Source of the DNA: Octopus vulgaris
Lineage: Eukaryota
Length of the DNA: 64,000 nt
Assembly (NCBI GenBank): GCA_951406725.2
Contig: OX597823.1
Coordinates: 34,534,001-34,598,000, forward strand
Reading direction: 5' to 3'
Shown here: in pieces, positions 1 to 14,812 of the stretch
Layout: each line of letters begins with the position of its first letter
How positions within the stretch are numbered: position 1 is the stretch's first letter
Notes under the pieces: generated by a model
Seen by the model: only the letters and a program-made list of their open reading frames with translations
What the model was told of the DNA's origin: nothing
The model's database searches: none
Translations under genes and position numbers: made by a program

Positions 1-83
1 AACTTCTGAAGACAATTTCATCACAGCTTTCCGCGGAGAAAATATCTCAAGGCAAAAATTCTTTTTATTTCCCACCACTGCTA

Positions 84-152
<69 letters not shown>

Positions 153-176
153 TGTATGTATGTATGTATGTATGTC

Positions 177-718
177 AGGTCACTTTCGAGTGCTACTGGT
201 AACATGTAACCCAGTACAATCTGTTGCATGGTCAGGTCGTTGGCGACTAAACTGGCAACCCCACCAAGCTTGCTTGGTGAGGAGGGTGTTTATTGGACAT
301 CCTGCGGGATGAAAAATAAAACCCGTCAAAGGGCGGAGGAACTCTTGAGAGTCAACGGCCATCCAATAAATGTCTTAAGGCTGTCTCATGCGCGGGGACA
401 TAGAAATAATCGGACTGAATACCCGATCGCGCGGTTAAACCATTGGGAGTGAAGAACTCATAGCCTTTGTTAGGGCATCCTTCTAGGAGAAGGTAACTCC
501 GGTAACTGGGATAACTCCATTATAAAACCTGTGGCTCAGTGGTTACCGATGATGTTCTTTTCGGATTATGGCTGCTGTTGCTTAGTGAGTGAGATTGACT
601 CAGTGCACAGCCTTGCCTCACTTCAAAAAAAAAAGTCTTCTTGCACAGGCATTGCACAATAACAACATTGATTAAGCTTCGTGCAATGGCCATACTCGAT
701 AACGAGGGGGCAGCCACC
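177..718 (+). mobile_element. Interspersed repeat between (TATG)n tracts, RTE-like 5' region
   Basis: Flanked by (TATG)n; CTAGGAGAAGGTAACTC..AAAACC resembles RTE-clade 5' UTR motifs (from recall). Confidence 0.35.
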
Positions 719-2514
719 ATGTATGTATGTATGTATGTATGTACAGTCTTCTTTAAGATGTTCGTGTACATTCGGACATAAAAAGGCAACACGCTGCAGA
801 TGTCTGGAAAAAAGAAACTCTCCTTATAGACTATGATGGTGCAGGGACATGACTGCGTTATGAATACTCTCATAGTATATAACTGTATTTCATTCAACGC
901 TGCTAAGTGCGCCTATCATTTACACATAGTTATACAGTAACCCCTTGACTATCACGGGTGTTACGTTCCAAAATACACGTGTGTGTGTGTGTGTGTGTGT
1001 GCATGCGTGCGCTATGTATGAATGTATATAAAGATAGAGAGTGAGAGAGATAAAGAAATGGACTGATAAAAAGAAGATAATGTCTCGTGTTCAAATTCAT
1101 TCGGGTCTTGTCTCAACGCATGACTGAGCAAAACCTTGGATTAACCACTTGCAATTAAAGGCATGCACACACACACACACAGATCCACCCCTAAACTTCA
1201 TTATAAAAGACTTTGGTCTTATTTTACGATGGAACATGTAAAAAATGTGTTCCAAAATTATATCTTGCATTTAGTTTTGTTTATAAAATTTCATAGCTCA
1301 GCTGCTGAAATTTCTTTTTTTCGGCTTTAGAATTATTGCAAATGCAAGGTGCGATCCATATGTATCCGACTTTATTTTTTTCCCGCCAAAATTTATGCCG
1401 CATGGGCAAAATTTTTTGTGCAGGTGACGACGCCACCCGTCCTGCGCATGCGTGAAAGTTTGGCGACGATGTCATGGGCAAAACTCATCAAGGAGTCCTC
1501 AGCCGCTTCAAACACGCCTACACCTTAATGGAGAGCGAGGCACGCTCAGACCGCCCACCGACAAGCTGAAGCGAGGAGCCGATTGAGAAGGTTCGGCGAA
1601 TAGTTATGGAAGACGGTCATCTCCCAGCCAAGGGATTTTGCTCACGCAGCAATAGTTTCGGCAGAAAAACTAAAGACGGATACTTTTTAAATCTCATGTT
1701 CAAATGTTTATCATTAAAACGAACCTTTTTTCTTTCATTCTTTCTTTTCTATATTTTTTGCCATTTTGTACAATTCCAATTCGTCAAACTCTTGAAATTA
1801 CGATATTGGAAAGTGGAAAAACGGACTTTTGGAATGGCTGTCCCATTTAAGTTGGAATTTCGCAGTTTTTGTCGTGACTCCCCACTATTTTTTTAAAATC
1901 ATATATTACAAAACAATTGAAAGAAGCCTTGATTTTTTTTTTTTAAATCCACACACATTCATCATGACTTTGAAACAACAATAACAACCACTAAAATAAT
2001 AATTTTTTCTTACTCTTAATTTTCTGCCATTTTATTGTATGCTACATTCTGAAATATTTGTAACTCCTTAAAAAGAAAAAAAAAAATCTCTTACCCTTTC
2101 TTCCTTTCTTCATTTTACTTTTTACTGAAGAAATAATCAAACACCGCAAGGGAATGTGTGAGAAACCAAATTAGAATTCTAAAAGGATCGCCAAAGCGAT
2201 ATTTTCAGTTGTTATGTGCAAAAAAAATTTTTTTTTTTGTTTTAATTGAAGGTAAGTAAAATAGGAATCAAAAATATCTTTCGTTTCGCCTTCGGTTTGC
2301 CATAGAACAACAGTTTGTTACGGTAGTACTTGCTTCTAACAAAAACCTTTATATTCATTTCTATCTATTTTTGTCTTGTGTGGGAAATGAAAAAAAAAAT
2401 GATCACGTAAAATTAAATTTGTGGGAAGTTGTGTCAGGTAAATGTTAAAAATTAAGAAAAAAAAACAATATACTACGTCGTGGAGAAAAAATATTTTTAC
2501 AGTATGGCAAAACT

Positions 2515-2887
2515 GGAAGCACTCCGTCGGTTACGACGATGAGGGTTCCGGTTGATCCGAATCAACGGAACAGCCTGCTCGTGAAATTAACGCGTAAGTG
2601 GCTGAGCACTCCACAGACACGTGAACCCTTAACGTAGTTCTCGGGGATATTCAGCGTGACACAGAGAGTGACAAGGCCGACCTCTTGAAATACAGGTACA
2701 ACAGAAATAGGAAGTAAGAGTGAGAGAAAGTTGTGGTGAAAGAGTACAGCACCATCCCCTGTCGGAGCCCCGTGGAGCTTTTAGGTGTTTTCGTTCAATA
2801 AACACTCACAACACCCGGTCTGGGAATCGAAACCGCGATCCTATGACCGCGAGTCCGCTGCCCTAACCACTGGGCCATTGCGCCTCC
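2515..2887 (-). mobile_element. Full-length tRNA(Arg)-derived SINE (octopus OR-like)
   Basis: Minus head GGAGGCGCAATGGCCCAGTGGTTAGGGCAGCGGACTCGCGGTC..GGTTTCGATTCCC; flanking repeat GCAAAACT at 2507 and 2893. Confidence 0.85.
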
Positions 2888-4298
2888 ACGTTGCAAAACT
2901 ATTGTAACGTACACACGAGTGAAATTCCCCTCCCCTTTATACGGGCATTCGAAATGGCATGCGTGTGTGTGTGTTAGTGCACGCGCACATGTAACGTGCT
3001 ACGAGAACAGACGTTGTTTTTCCTGCATTTCAATTCTTTTCCTCTTCTTTTTCCTTCTCTTTGATAAAAGATATCACCCGGAATGTCAGATTCTCTTCTG
3101 TTTATTCTTTTTGCGCTTGTTGTATTTTCGCTTTATATTTCTACGCTTTTCAGGCTTTCGCTAGTCTGATTCCGCATCGCATTTTTCGTTTGTTTGCTCA
3201 TTGCCTTCAATTTTACTCCTATGATTTATGTTATTCTTACTTATGTGTGTGTGTGTGTGTGCGTGCGTAACCGCGTGTGTGCGTAAAAAAGCATTGCGAA
3301 ATTTAGCTGTAGCTGCGCAGTGTGTAAAGGAATCCACTAACAAGTGCAAACGTGTCTTTCAAGGACTCAAAACTGCAATGTTTACATTTGCCAGGGTTTG
3401 TTTTTATACATTATGCAACTTGAATGAAATCTTATAATGTTTCTGATACGATATGTGTTTATCTTTTATCTTATTAATATACGCTCAATCCAGTGTAATC
3501 CGGAGGTAAGCGTCTGAGTCAGCGTGGAAATAATAAGCGAAAAGAGTTTAGGAAGTAAAACAACGCAGACAAAAAAGAACACAAAGCGCGGAGTTCAACG
3601 TTTCAAACGCTCGTTCATCATGAAAAAATAAATAAATAAATAAAATAAACGGAAGGAAAATGAGAGTAGAAACGCGTGTTTGTTTGGTAGTGGAGGGAAC
3701 ATGCTTGAGAATTGCCGAACCATTTAATATAAAAACAAAAGTCGAATCAAGTAGTAATTCAGATAAAAATAAAAAGTAACAGCGTAAGAAATTATTTAGG
3801 CACTTGATTAGCCTCAACACCGAACGGTATTTACAAAGAGAATATATTAGAAAGGCGAAATAAACATCAGAGTTTATTTGCCTCCCCCAGAAACCGCTTC
3901 CTGTTCCTTTTGATGGTGACTGAACCAATCGCATTGTTGGAAACACCTTTGTATCTCCAGCAGGTATCTAATGGTCACGAGTGTTTCGCTCCTTAGTCTA
4001 TACTCTTCGCCTGAGTTGGGCAGAGAGGCTTTAATTAGCCGTCGCCTGCAGAAGACTTCTCTCTGTGGTCTTTTGTCAACAACTTTTAACTGATCTTACC
4101 TACCTTAACTATCTCCATAATCGCTTCCTTCAATTCTTTTTACTAGACTGATACAGGGCCAATACTTGTTGGGTGAAACTCCTAATGCATTTCTGTTTTA
4201 TTAAATTCTACAGCAGTGCCTTTTGGACACATATCAATGAGTTACAAAATCATGTATACTCTCCAGGTTAGTTAACTATGATTTTTTATCGTATATAC

Positions 4299-5429
4299 CA
4301 GTGGTTCCCAACCTGGGGTCCGCAAAGGTAGTACTGGGGGTCCGTGAACTAAATTCAAAATTTCATATGTAACGGTGTTTTAGGTGGAGTCAGTGGTCGA
4401 CAGTTACCAATTGTAATAGTTGTTGAAGTTGCAGATGTGTAAGATGAAAGAACAGTGATCGAAGTTGTAAATAAATATTTATTTACCGTTACTTTGTATA
4501 TAACTGAACCACGACGGGCTGGCATGTATAATGAAATTCGTAAAGCATGTAAGGTAAAGAGAGATATCGTAGATTTTCCTTGTACAGGTGGGTTTGTGTT
4601 CTTGTCCTTGTGTAATAGTAAACCACAGATAGAGGCAGGGTAATGTTGTAGAGAAAAGAAAGTGAGAGTGGTGGGACGAAGCAACTGCTTCTTGGTGAGG
4701 TGCCATAGTTGTCTCTCTGTAACTTTTCTTTCGGAGACGGCGTTTCGTTGAGCTGGTCAGCCATAGTTAGAAAAATAGATATACTACGAAGACAATGAAC
4801 ATACTTTGGGAGAGTCGACTGTTATCTCAATTCTAATTTTTCACGGCCTAGAAGAGGTTAGGAGGGTCATGTGGCAAAGACATAAATCGGCTTGGCAAAG
4901 CCATATGGTAAATGTAACTGCTGTCAACAATTGTTTCTCTGTGAGAAAAGTGCTGTTGAAATATTATGGGAAATTTGCCGGTTCAGGTTCGAATCCACTC
5001 TATGCCTAAATGAAGTCACTGTATATAAAATGGGATACACACGTGCGAAAAAAATGTGGTTAATTAAACTAGGAAACCCGCTCCTAAATAATACTCCCCT
5101 CACTATAATTACCCAACGAAACTAACCAATCTACCACAAGCAAACGTCTACCCAGCGAATTTAACAGCGCAAGAACAAAATTTAATATAAGAATGACTAC
5201 TTTTATTTACATTACCATCACACATGTATCAATCATTTTCGCATCCGAACCGATGCATCTATCTATATTCGCATTTTGAAGAGGTTTGCTTAAGCCAGTA
5301 AATTGAAACGATCGTAAATGCTTCCTTCATCTCTGCTTCTTCCTTCTTTGTTATCTAATTAATTAAAGACGTACCAGCGAAAACCACGAGCTTCCCAAAG
5401 TTATTATATCCATTTTCTTCTCCTACACA

Positions 5430-5506
<77 letters not shown>

Positions 5507-5570
5507 AAGGATAAGCATATTAAAAGGTCCGTGAGAAAACTCATTTAAATAAAAGGGTTGGGAACCACTG
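4299..5570. mobile_element. Non-autonomous hAT (Charlie-type) element
   Basis: TIRs CAGTGGTTCCCAACC / GGTTGGGAACCACTG with perfect 8-bp TSD GTATATAC (4291-4298, 5571-5578). Confidence 0.9.
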
Positions 5571-6396
5571 GTATATACAATAGGTAGAGAGTAGATAAGA
5601 AGTTGTGGCATTAATGCCCTTCCAAAGGACATCATTTCGTAATTAAAGTAAAAAAAAGATTGACTGTTAATCAAAACTAGGTCAGGGTCTCTACTAATTC
5701 GGAGCTTGCTTCTGCTCTGCTGTACACACCAAATGCAAGGAATTTACCTCAACTCCATAGTGCTCCCTACTGACGCTCAGCTTAGTTTTATTCCATGGTT
5801 TCAGCATCTATAACGAGTTTACTTCTCCATGGTCCTCTACTGAACTCACCACTGTCAAGGGATTTAAATCTCTCTCTGCTGATATGGCGTTTATCTCAGC
5901 TGCACAGGGAGCTTACCACTACCCTGTAGTAATCAGCGCTGTCCTAAAATAACCAGAAATATCTAGCGAATATCGTGGAACAAGATGCTGATTATGGTGA
6001 AACAAGTTGGAGATTTTGGTTCGATTCCTATCAGAAATCACTTCATATCTTTCTTTCCCTTCTTTTGCCTCTAAAGATATAGAACCACTTCACTTACATC
6101 ACTAACATCCGAAAAATTATACACATTTTTTTTATATGTACGTAATTTTTTGTTTAAGTAATTTCAGTAATAAATCAACATGGATACCAGTTATATACGA
6201 GTACTAAATGGTTCAGTGAAAAGAGAGAGAGAGAATAGTAGTTATAACAACATAATTTGAATGAGTCCTAAATATCAACCACAGAATTAGTTTTTAAAAC
6301 TGTAACTCATACATTAGTTGAAAATCTAGTCAGTAAAATTCCTCGAAAATGTCTAAATTTCGAAATTCACAAACAAAGCAAACATATCATTTGCTT

Positions 6397-6449
<53 letters not shown>

Positions 6450-6483
6450 GAGTGAGAGAGCAGTTCATGCCATCAAAGTGACA

Positions 6484-6562
<79 letters not shown>

Positions 6563-7560
6563 TTTCTGTCCGTTAATATAATTCTTGTGCACAGAATTGC
6601 ATAAATAATTTGTGAAAGAAAATATATTTCCCCCTCAAGACCTGTATGATGTTTTACAGATGTTTGTAGTAAAGAATACATTAGCACAAAAACATCATTT
6701 TTCTTTTCCTTCTTTAGTAGCAGCAGCACCCATCTCTATTACTCAAACTGGCGAATCGTTCTACTCTTTTAGTGAAGAATATCTGCAAGGCCGACTATAG
6801 TTGTTTTGACACTTTTGTTACCATATTTCTGTTGAAATCCACTGCTTTTGGTTTCAATTAATGTTGCAAATTGCAAAGAATTTAGCGAAATAGCTTTATC
6901 ATTATCAAACTAGTGTTTATAACAACAATTAACATGAAAATTTGACGGAAGGTTTTAATTTAAATTTAAAACAGAAAAGTTGGATTATAGGATCAGGAAT
7001 GAAGATATCAATTGGCTTCAGACCAGGCAGTTTGGTATGAAAAAGGTTAAACTTGTAACTATATTGTTTTAAGGAATTAGGATTGACAGAAAGAAACTAA
7101 AATGAAATGTGATATATTTAAAGGAGAGAGAGAGAGAGAAGGGGGCTGTGATGTTTTATGAAGTGAAATAACTTCGATTAGGAGTGGAAACTGGGCCACG
7201 AATTAAGCTCACTATGATGATAACCGTAAAGGGAAACATTTCGTTCTTAAATACATTATGATATATTTATAACAAGCAAACCAGCAAGTCAAGAAAATCT
7301 TCATAAGAGACGAAAGCAGTATTCGTAGTGACATGTAGTGTTTATCACCACCTAAGCACGATATCGTCGGTTCCTAGGGAACAGCCGTGTTTAGGTGGCA
7401 TTAAACACTACTTGACATATTTATAGAAAAGAGAATGAGAATACGTGACTTTCATACCATTCGTAGAGATATCAACAGCAGAATAGACAAGGGACAACCT
7501 CACGATCAGGTTACGAGTAAAAACTCACGCTCAGCTTGGATAGAGAACAACAACAACATT

Positions 7561-8106
7561 CCGTTCTATTATAGGCACAAGGCCTGAAATTTGGGGGAGG
7601 GGAATTAGTCCATTATATCGATCCCAGTACTCAGCTCGTACTTAATTTATCGACCCCGAAAGGATAAAAGATAAAGTCGACCTCGGCGGCATTTGAACTC
7701 AGAACACGAAGACAGACGAAATACCAATTTCTTTACTACCCACAAGGGGCTAAACACAGAGAGGACAGACAAACAGATTAAGTCGATTATATCGACCCCA
7801 GTGCGTAACTGGTACTTATTTAATCGACCCCGAAAGGATGAAAGGCAAAGTCGACCTCGGCGGAATTTGAACTCAGAACACGAAGACAGACGAAATACTT
7901 ATTTCTTTACTACCCACAAGGGACTAAACACAGAGAGGACAAACAGATTAAGTCGATTACATCAACCCCAGTGCGTAACTGGTACTTATTTAATCGACCC
8001 CGAAAGGATGAAAGGCAAAGTCGACCTCGGCGGAATTTGAACTCAGAACGTAGCGGCAGACGAAATACCGCTAAGCATTTCGCCCAGCGTGCTAACGATT
8101 CTGCCC
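7561..8106 (-). mobile_element. Trimeric array of Deu/Nin-domain SINE
   Basis: Three copies of CCGAGGTCGACTTTGCCTTTCATCCTTTCGGGGTCGAT..AAGTACCAG, joined via GTGGGTAGTAAAGAAAT tails. Confidence 0.85.
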
Positions 8107-8674
8107 CCAACAACAGAAACAATAATGACAACAACCAACAGCAGCAGCAACAACAACGCTACTTTTAATTCAAGGTCCCAAATATATGGGGGGGGGTGCA
8201 AAGATGAAAAGTAAATTTGACTGCGACGGGATTTAAATTTGAAATGAAAAGGGAGTTAACTCAATAATTCTTGTGATGACGGTGCAGGATAGAATCAGTA
8301 GAGCGCCAGATGGCAAAACATTGTGCATGCACCATTTTGAACGAAAATCTGACCGGATTTAATCTCGTAATATCAGTGGGTTAATTGATAAATACCAGTA
8401 ATATACTGGTATATTACTACACCCCACACCTCCCATCTATTCATCTGTAAATTAGTGTCACTATAAGAAATCGATAAAGTTTTGTTCCATAAAATTGTTT
8501 ACATCCTGCTCCTCCACCTCGTCCTCCTCCTCATCATCATCATTGCCATCATCATCATCACCACAGCCACCACCAATACCACCTTCCTCCACATCACCAT
8601 TGTAGTCATCGTCGTCATCATCATCACCATTCTCATTGCAGCTGTCTCTACTCTCCTCCTCCTCCTCCTCCTCC

Positions 8675-8708
<34 letters not shown>

Positions 8709-9069
8709 CAACATCACCACATCATCAGTAGCAGCACGTGCAGCAGTAACATCTATAGTTTTCTATCTCCACACCAATCTCCATGTTAAAATAAATATTA
8801 CATTTCATCCTTTTTAAGACATTTAACAAAACCTTAGAGAAAAAGATGAAAAAACAAGAAAATGTCCTCCGTCCTTTTTTCTTCTTTTTATGTCTCTCAA
8901 GTCTCAAACCGATATCTGTTTACTCCAACTTGCTGACTGCTGCAGACATTCGGCACTTCTCTACAGACACACTCAAGAATATTCCAAAAAAAATTTACTC
9001 CAACACCATAGTTATTAGTATTATTATTACTGGGAAAAGGCGACACGTCGTGTGTGTGTGTGTGTGTGG

Positions 9070-9980
9070 TAGGGGGTGAACTTTAGGCGTTGACTAACGA
9101 GAATCAACTGCTTGGTCTGCCCTACAGGAGGGTTTTCAACCCTGGGACTGTGGATAACTTTCCAGAAATCCCAGGCCTTTGTGCAAGCGAGGGTACCAAG
9201 ATAAACTCTGCAGGTTTGGAAGGGACATAAGACGGGTGTAACTGAGATGCAAGCAGAGCGACAAACATCAGATCTGCACATATTCGTTTACAGTGCGAAT
9301 CTTACTTCATCAACCTCACCACCATCATCATCATCGTCATCACCACCATCATCATACTCATCATTCTCATCATCATCATCATCATCATGATTGTCGTCGT
9401 CGTCGTCGACATGAACATCATCACCACCACCACCATCATCATCATCATGATCATCATCAACCTCACCATCATCATCGTCGTCATCGTCATCAACATCATC
9501 ATCATCACCATCATCATTGTCATCGTGTTGTCGTTGTCATCATCAGCAGCAGCAGCACCACCACCAACACCAGTTTCTGGGAGAGGTATGTCAAGCGAAG
9601 GGTGCGAATCAGGCCGTCGTGAACATCGTCCGCCCCCTTCTTTTGGCCAAAGGAGCACTTTTTCAGCGAGAAAAGTCGTATGATGGACACGACTAAAAGA
9701 AACGAGGACAGATATTTTCCACTTTGGCGAAAACCTCCCGAACTTTCTCAAGTTCCGCTGTCAAAGAAAGCTGAGAGTGAAGAAAACGGTGCTACCCGAT
9801 GGTAAATTTCTTGAAAGAAGGTTTTGAGTGATGAGCATAGCATGAGTGAATGAACCTACGATCAGTGTCCATCTGCTGGGTAAGGAATACAGCCGTGCCA
9901 GGTTATCAACATTGATAAATAGAGAAAACGTAGATTTTATGCCGTTCTTTGACTGAATGGGAATGGAGGACTTCCTTTTG
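9070..9980 (+). mobile_element. Older Tx1-like LINE 3' fragment split by a (CAT)n tract
   Basis: Matches 38520-39050 (e.g. GGATAACTTTCCAGAAATC, GGTAAATTTCTTGAAAG); microsatellite at ~9306-9570. Confidence 0.65.
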
Positions 9981-9986
9981 AAGCAC

Positions 9987-10056
9987 TTTACATTTGACGG
10001 ATATTTGTCAAATGTAAATAATGTACATAATTCCTCATCTCTTAAATATAGAACTG
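9987..10056. mobile_element. Collapsed inverted remnant of the same element's tail
   Basis: TTTACATTTGACGGATATTTGTC is the reverse complement of the tail at ~21498-21520 and overlaps a forward GTCAAATGTAAATAATGTA. Confidence 0.6.
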
Positions 10057-10059
10057 TAT

Positions 10060-10790
10060 TCCTTTTGCAGTTTTAGATCATCATACAGGCATGTATTCTG
10101 TCTGTGTTGTCTATACTGCATCAATTCTTTATTCATCAATTCTTTATTCATCAATTCTTTATTCAAGCACTCAGGCTCTTACACAGAGAGGACAGTACAA
10201 GGACAAACACAACACCATAGTTGGGATAAAAACATAACACGAATGAAACGGAAAAATGAAAAAATGTATAAATTAATGATAATGAAATGGCTACATGAGC
10301 CCCATTCTCGACCTGTATCAATGTTTTTATAAACAGTTTTTAATTTTTCTCCTATTTTTTTTCCTTATTAGTATCGTATTTTTAAACATCTTTTACAATA
10401 AATTCATATATGGTTCTATTTCTTTATATTCCATCACTGGTGGTAGCTCATCAAATTCTACCTCTGCATCCAGTGGGTCAATTCTGTCTCTAAATAAGTC
10501 TTTCAATTTGTTATATCTTTCTTCATCTATAAGTATTCTTTTACAATTGAAAGGCACGATGCAAAGGTTTCTGTCTGAGAGAAAATCTTTACATAGACTT
10601 GTGTTAAAAGTATAATATATATCGGAGTGAGATGACACGTTTCGCCCTAAATGCGACTTGTCAATGCCGTGCAGCCGTTTGTCAGTTGTTAAGACGAGAT
10701 TCGTGCTTCAATACATAGAAAATTGGAATAATACATTAATTAGTATCGCGGAGAGCTTGCCGGGTTGTAAGAAACTCGATGTATATGCAT
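10060..10790 (-). mobile_element. Internally deleted Penelope-like element fragment
   Basis: ORF 10393..10638 has LCIVPF and ILIDEERY..LKDL, resembling the PLE RT N-terminal region (VPFDKG..EEER); degenerate hammerhead-like GGGCGAAACGTGTC just upstream (~10633-10666). Confidence 0.4.
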
Positions 10791-10863
10791 TCAGAATGAT
10801 ATACAGATGGCAAATTTAATTCAATGATGTTTCAATTGCGTTCACCGCTGTTTCAAGCAATGT

Positions 10864-11018
<155 letters not shown>

Positions 11019-11423
11019 TTGAGTGAGAGAGCAGCGCATGCCATCAAAGTAAGACTGGGGTAAAATATACGAAGCCCAGCATACCCATCATGACTACCTG
11101 TCTGATAAGGGTACATCAGGCACATGTATCACAACCATATGCGCATGTGGCGAGTGGGGTGGGGGGCAGATAGAATAATCTTCTGGTCGAGTAATCCATC
11201 CCGCTCAAAAGGTCCCTGAATAGAGGCTGTGTAAGGATGATTAACGAAACGCCCATGTTTCCAGAGGTGAACTGTTCAAATCCCAAAGAATTCCTCTCAA
11301 CACACGGCTGTCATACTCCTCCACAACTTCTGCTCGTGATCTGAAATACATATATCGTCAGCCACCAAGGGACATTCTCAACTGGTTAATGTCAAACAAA
11401 TGACAAGCAAATCTGAGCAGATT
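11019..11423 (-). mobile_element. Interspersed repeat ending in (AAT)n; probable retroelement 3' region
   Basis: TTGAGTGAGAGAGCAG..CATGCCATCAAAGT abuts (ATT)n here and again as a ~37-bp stub inside (ATT)n at 6449-6485. Confidence 0.55.
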
Positions 11424-12857
11424 CTTCGTCTTCTTCTTCTTCTTCTTCTTATTATTATTATTATTATTATTTGGCATAAGTAGATATATAGCTTATCACC
11501 ATGTGAAATTTAGTTATTTGCGAAGAATAACTGCAAACGAAGACATGATTCTAAAACCCTGGAATATCTCTTCCATGCCGATAAGAAATCAGATTTGTCC
11601 TGTTTCTACTTTAAAATATAAATTTTATCCGCATTTGATTTCAACCCGAGATAGCTACGACGCACAGACACAACGCCCCACCCTGAACAACTCGTATGAA
11701 TGCAAAAGCAACAAAAACACAACAAAAAATGCATTTGATTTCACCGCAGGAGGTAAATATATAAAGAGGAAAAAGTTAGAGAAATTTTTGGCAGAAAATG
11801 ATAATATTAGCACAACATTCACGGCGATAAGTTAAGTAACAAAACGATATACACATACACCTAATTGAACAAAATAGGGGGAAAATAGCAATTGATCTTT
11901 CATCAGTGCTGCTCACATGAATCGACGACTGGTTGAGAAGAAATGTGCTTGGCAGGTTTGTAACCAAGAAGGGCACATATTATTATTTTTTTTAATCAAG
12001 GATAAAAGAAGAGGAAAGCCACATATCTATGCATCGCCTAAAGAGCAGCCCCAAAGAATAATTAGAGCTGGGCTTGGCAGATGTGTCGAGAGAACCGTCT
12101 GTTTGGTTTTGAAAGTGAGGACCTGACAATAAGACACGACAGGCTCGTGCGTCGCACACATGCCTATCCAGTGCTGATGTAACACAGGTTTCGACGCAAA
12201 AAAACGGTAACAGTATATAATATTGGCAATGGCATCGATCGTTGGGTAGAGTTTTAAGACATTCAAATGGTAGGAATGTTACAGAAGATCTTGCAAATAA
12301 TCGGTCACATACAAAGAAAAATATTTCCAGAAGATGTTTGTTGATTCCTTTTTCATCTTGGATGGGTTTTTTTTTTTGTTTTATCTTGGGTATTTCTGGT
12401 TCTAAATCGCCAAGACAAAGGTGAACAGAATCATAAGATGCTCTCGAATTCATCTTGTTGGTGATTTTTCTGCTTCTTTTTTATGTCTCCTTAAATTATA
12501 TCGTTTTAAAAATTATGTCTTTATACAACTGCCAACGTACTTTGTATAATGACATTTTTTAACATGCCATGCATTATATAATATTTCTTTCACTCTCCTC
12601 GTTTATTTCCACATATTTTATAACACTTTCGTATATTGTGGACACCGCCATCTATGGAGCACCAGGGCACTATAAGACCATAACTACTTTACACTTTGAA
12701 AAGTTGCCGTCTTTCTCTTGACTTCAGTTTTAAGGTAGAGTCGAAGAAGAAGCTACTAATTTTACGACAGTTAGTCATCTTTCGTGGAATTTGCTAGAGG
12801 GCAGCATCTCCCTTTCCACTCTCTTACTCTGCTTCACGTAGAACTGAAGACTTTGGT

Positions 12858-12922
<65 letters not shown>

Positions 12923-13467
12923 TAAACCTTAGTTCTTTTAAATACATCTGCCATACAATTTCTTTACGATAGCAACCAGACAAGAAAAAAACTGTGATCT
13001 ACAGGAATGATAACTAAATGGTGATTTGACAAACTGGGACGTGGAGACCTTGAGAAATAAATAAATAAATAAATATTTCCTTCCTCCTTTTTCTTGAAGT
13101 TAATGGGTTCATTTACAGGATGTCATTTTGTTTTTACTTTATTTCGTTCAAATCAGCTTCTTCTCCTCCTCCTCCCCTTCTTCCTCGCCAACACTATTAT
13201 TATTACAATTGTCAGGATCATGATTATCATCACGCACCACCACCACCATCACCACTGGACACCGACGCCGCAACCATACCTATCAACGACATCAACACCA
13301 CCAGTGTCACTGCTACCACCATCACTGTCACCACGCCGCGCCGCCTCCACTACCAACACCAGTACTAACACCACTGAGATCACCACCACCACTACCATTG
13401 TCATTATCACAATAACTTAAAAACTTTATTACAAGGACATCTTCATAGCATTATTTCCGCAGCATAA

Positions 13468-13840
13468 GGCGGCGAGCTGGCAGAAACATTAGCACGCCGG
13501 GCGAAATGCGTAGCCCCATATCTATGTTTGGCCCCCGGTGGGCAATAAAGAAATTCGTATTTCGTCTGCCGCTACGTTCTGAGTTCAAATTCCGCCGAGG
13601 TCGACTTTGCCTTTCATCCTTTCGGGGTCGATAAAATAAGTACCAGTTGCGCACTGGGGTCAATGTAATCGACTTAATCCGTTTGTCTGTCCTTGTTTGT
13701 CCCCTCTGTGTTTAGCATCTTGTGGGTAGTAAAGAAATAGGTATTTCGTCTGTCTTCGTGTTCTGAGTTCAAATTCCGCCAAGGTCGACTTTACCTTTCG
13801 GGAGTGAATTCCAGACCTTGTGCCTATAGCAGAAAGGATT
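13468..13840 (+). mobile_element. Deu/Nin-domain SINE, nested/dimeric
   Basis: Head GGCGGCGAGCTGGCAGAAAC; two cores; tail-B pieces at ~13520-13556 and ~13680-13738. Confidence 0.85.
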
Positions 13841-14578
13841 AGGATCTTTGTGCTTTTCATTCTCTGTTCACAATTTTCTTCCAATTGTCTTCAAGTTAGG
13901 TACATGGATTAACTTTTGTCTACTAATTATGAAAATGAGATTCATTTTTCCTATAAATCCATAATTAAAAAGTTATTAGCCATTAAAATTTCCAAAATTT
14001 GGGTATTTTAGTCAATCATAAGTGAGTATTTTACATATCACCATGGCAAAAATATCTGTTTCCATAGAATCAAAGTAAAGAAGTATCGCATGTTGCATAG
14101 CTAATTGCGAAGAACTTTTTCCACAGTAACCAAGGATGCTGCGCATGTGCACTAGGAGAAGGAGATACGAGAAAGATATTTTATAAAATCCAAGTTTAAT
14201 GTTTTGACATGCCAAAGCCCCCTCCCCCTGATGATGGCAGAGGCAACGAAGGTGCTGTTTTCTGATTGGCTGAAAATTCTGAACATTATCAAACTTTCAA
14301 CACCTGTAACATTTATTCAAAATTTTTTCTGGAATAAATGAATAACAAATTCGGATTCAGCGTCAAAAATTACATCTATATGATGATACATTAAAAAAAA
14401 AACTTTTTGATGATAATCGTAAACAATGACGAAAACCACAAAGATCCAAGGAATATTTCCACAGCATGTTTCATGCAAACCATTTTCTGTTTTTCGTTAT
14501 TATTAAAATTACTATTTATTAAAAATCTTCTCTGTCTTTCTCTGTGTCTCTGTCTCTGTCTCTCTGTGTGTCTCTGTC

Positions 14579-14649
<71 letters not shown>

Positions 14650-14778
14650 CTCTCTCTCTCTCTCTGTATTAATTGCTGTTGCAATCAAAATGCACTGCAT
14701 GAACTAATCCGAAAAAATACAAAAGTAGACTTATATCTTCATCTTTTGAGGTTATTGTGCTAGCATTGTAAAAAAAAA

Positions 14779-14812
<34 letters not shown>

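Noticed and set aside
7693-8168. Recurrent ORFs with RNWYLFNRPRKDERQSRPRRNLNSE
   Set aside because: Antisense translation of the Deu/Nin SINE core, not a protein family.
9293-9751. His-rich and Met-rich ORFs
   Set aside because: Translations of a (CAT)n microsatellite inside a LINE fragment; the same applies to the YI, CV, ER and YVCM ORFs elsewhere.
11992-12453. 153-aa minus-strand ORF as a possible HHIPL downstream exon
   Set aside because: No HHIPL propeller, EGF or SRCR motifs; identity unresolved.
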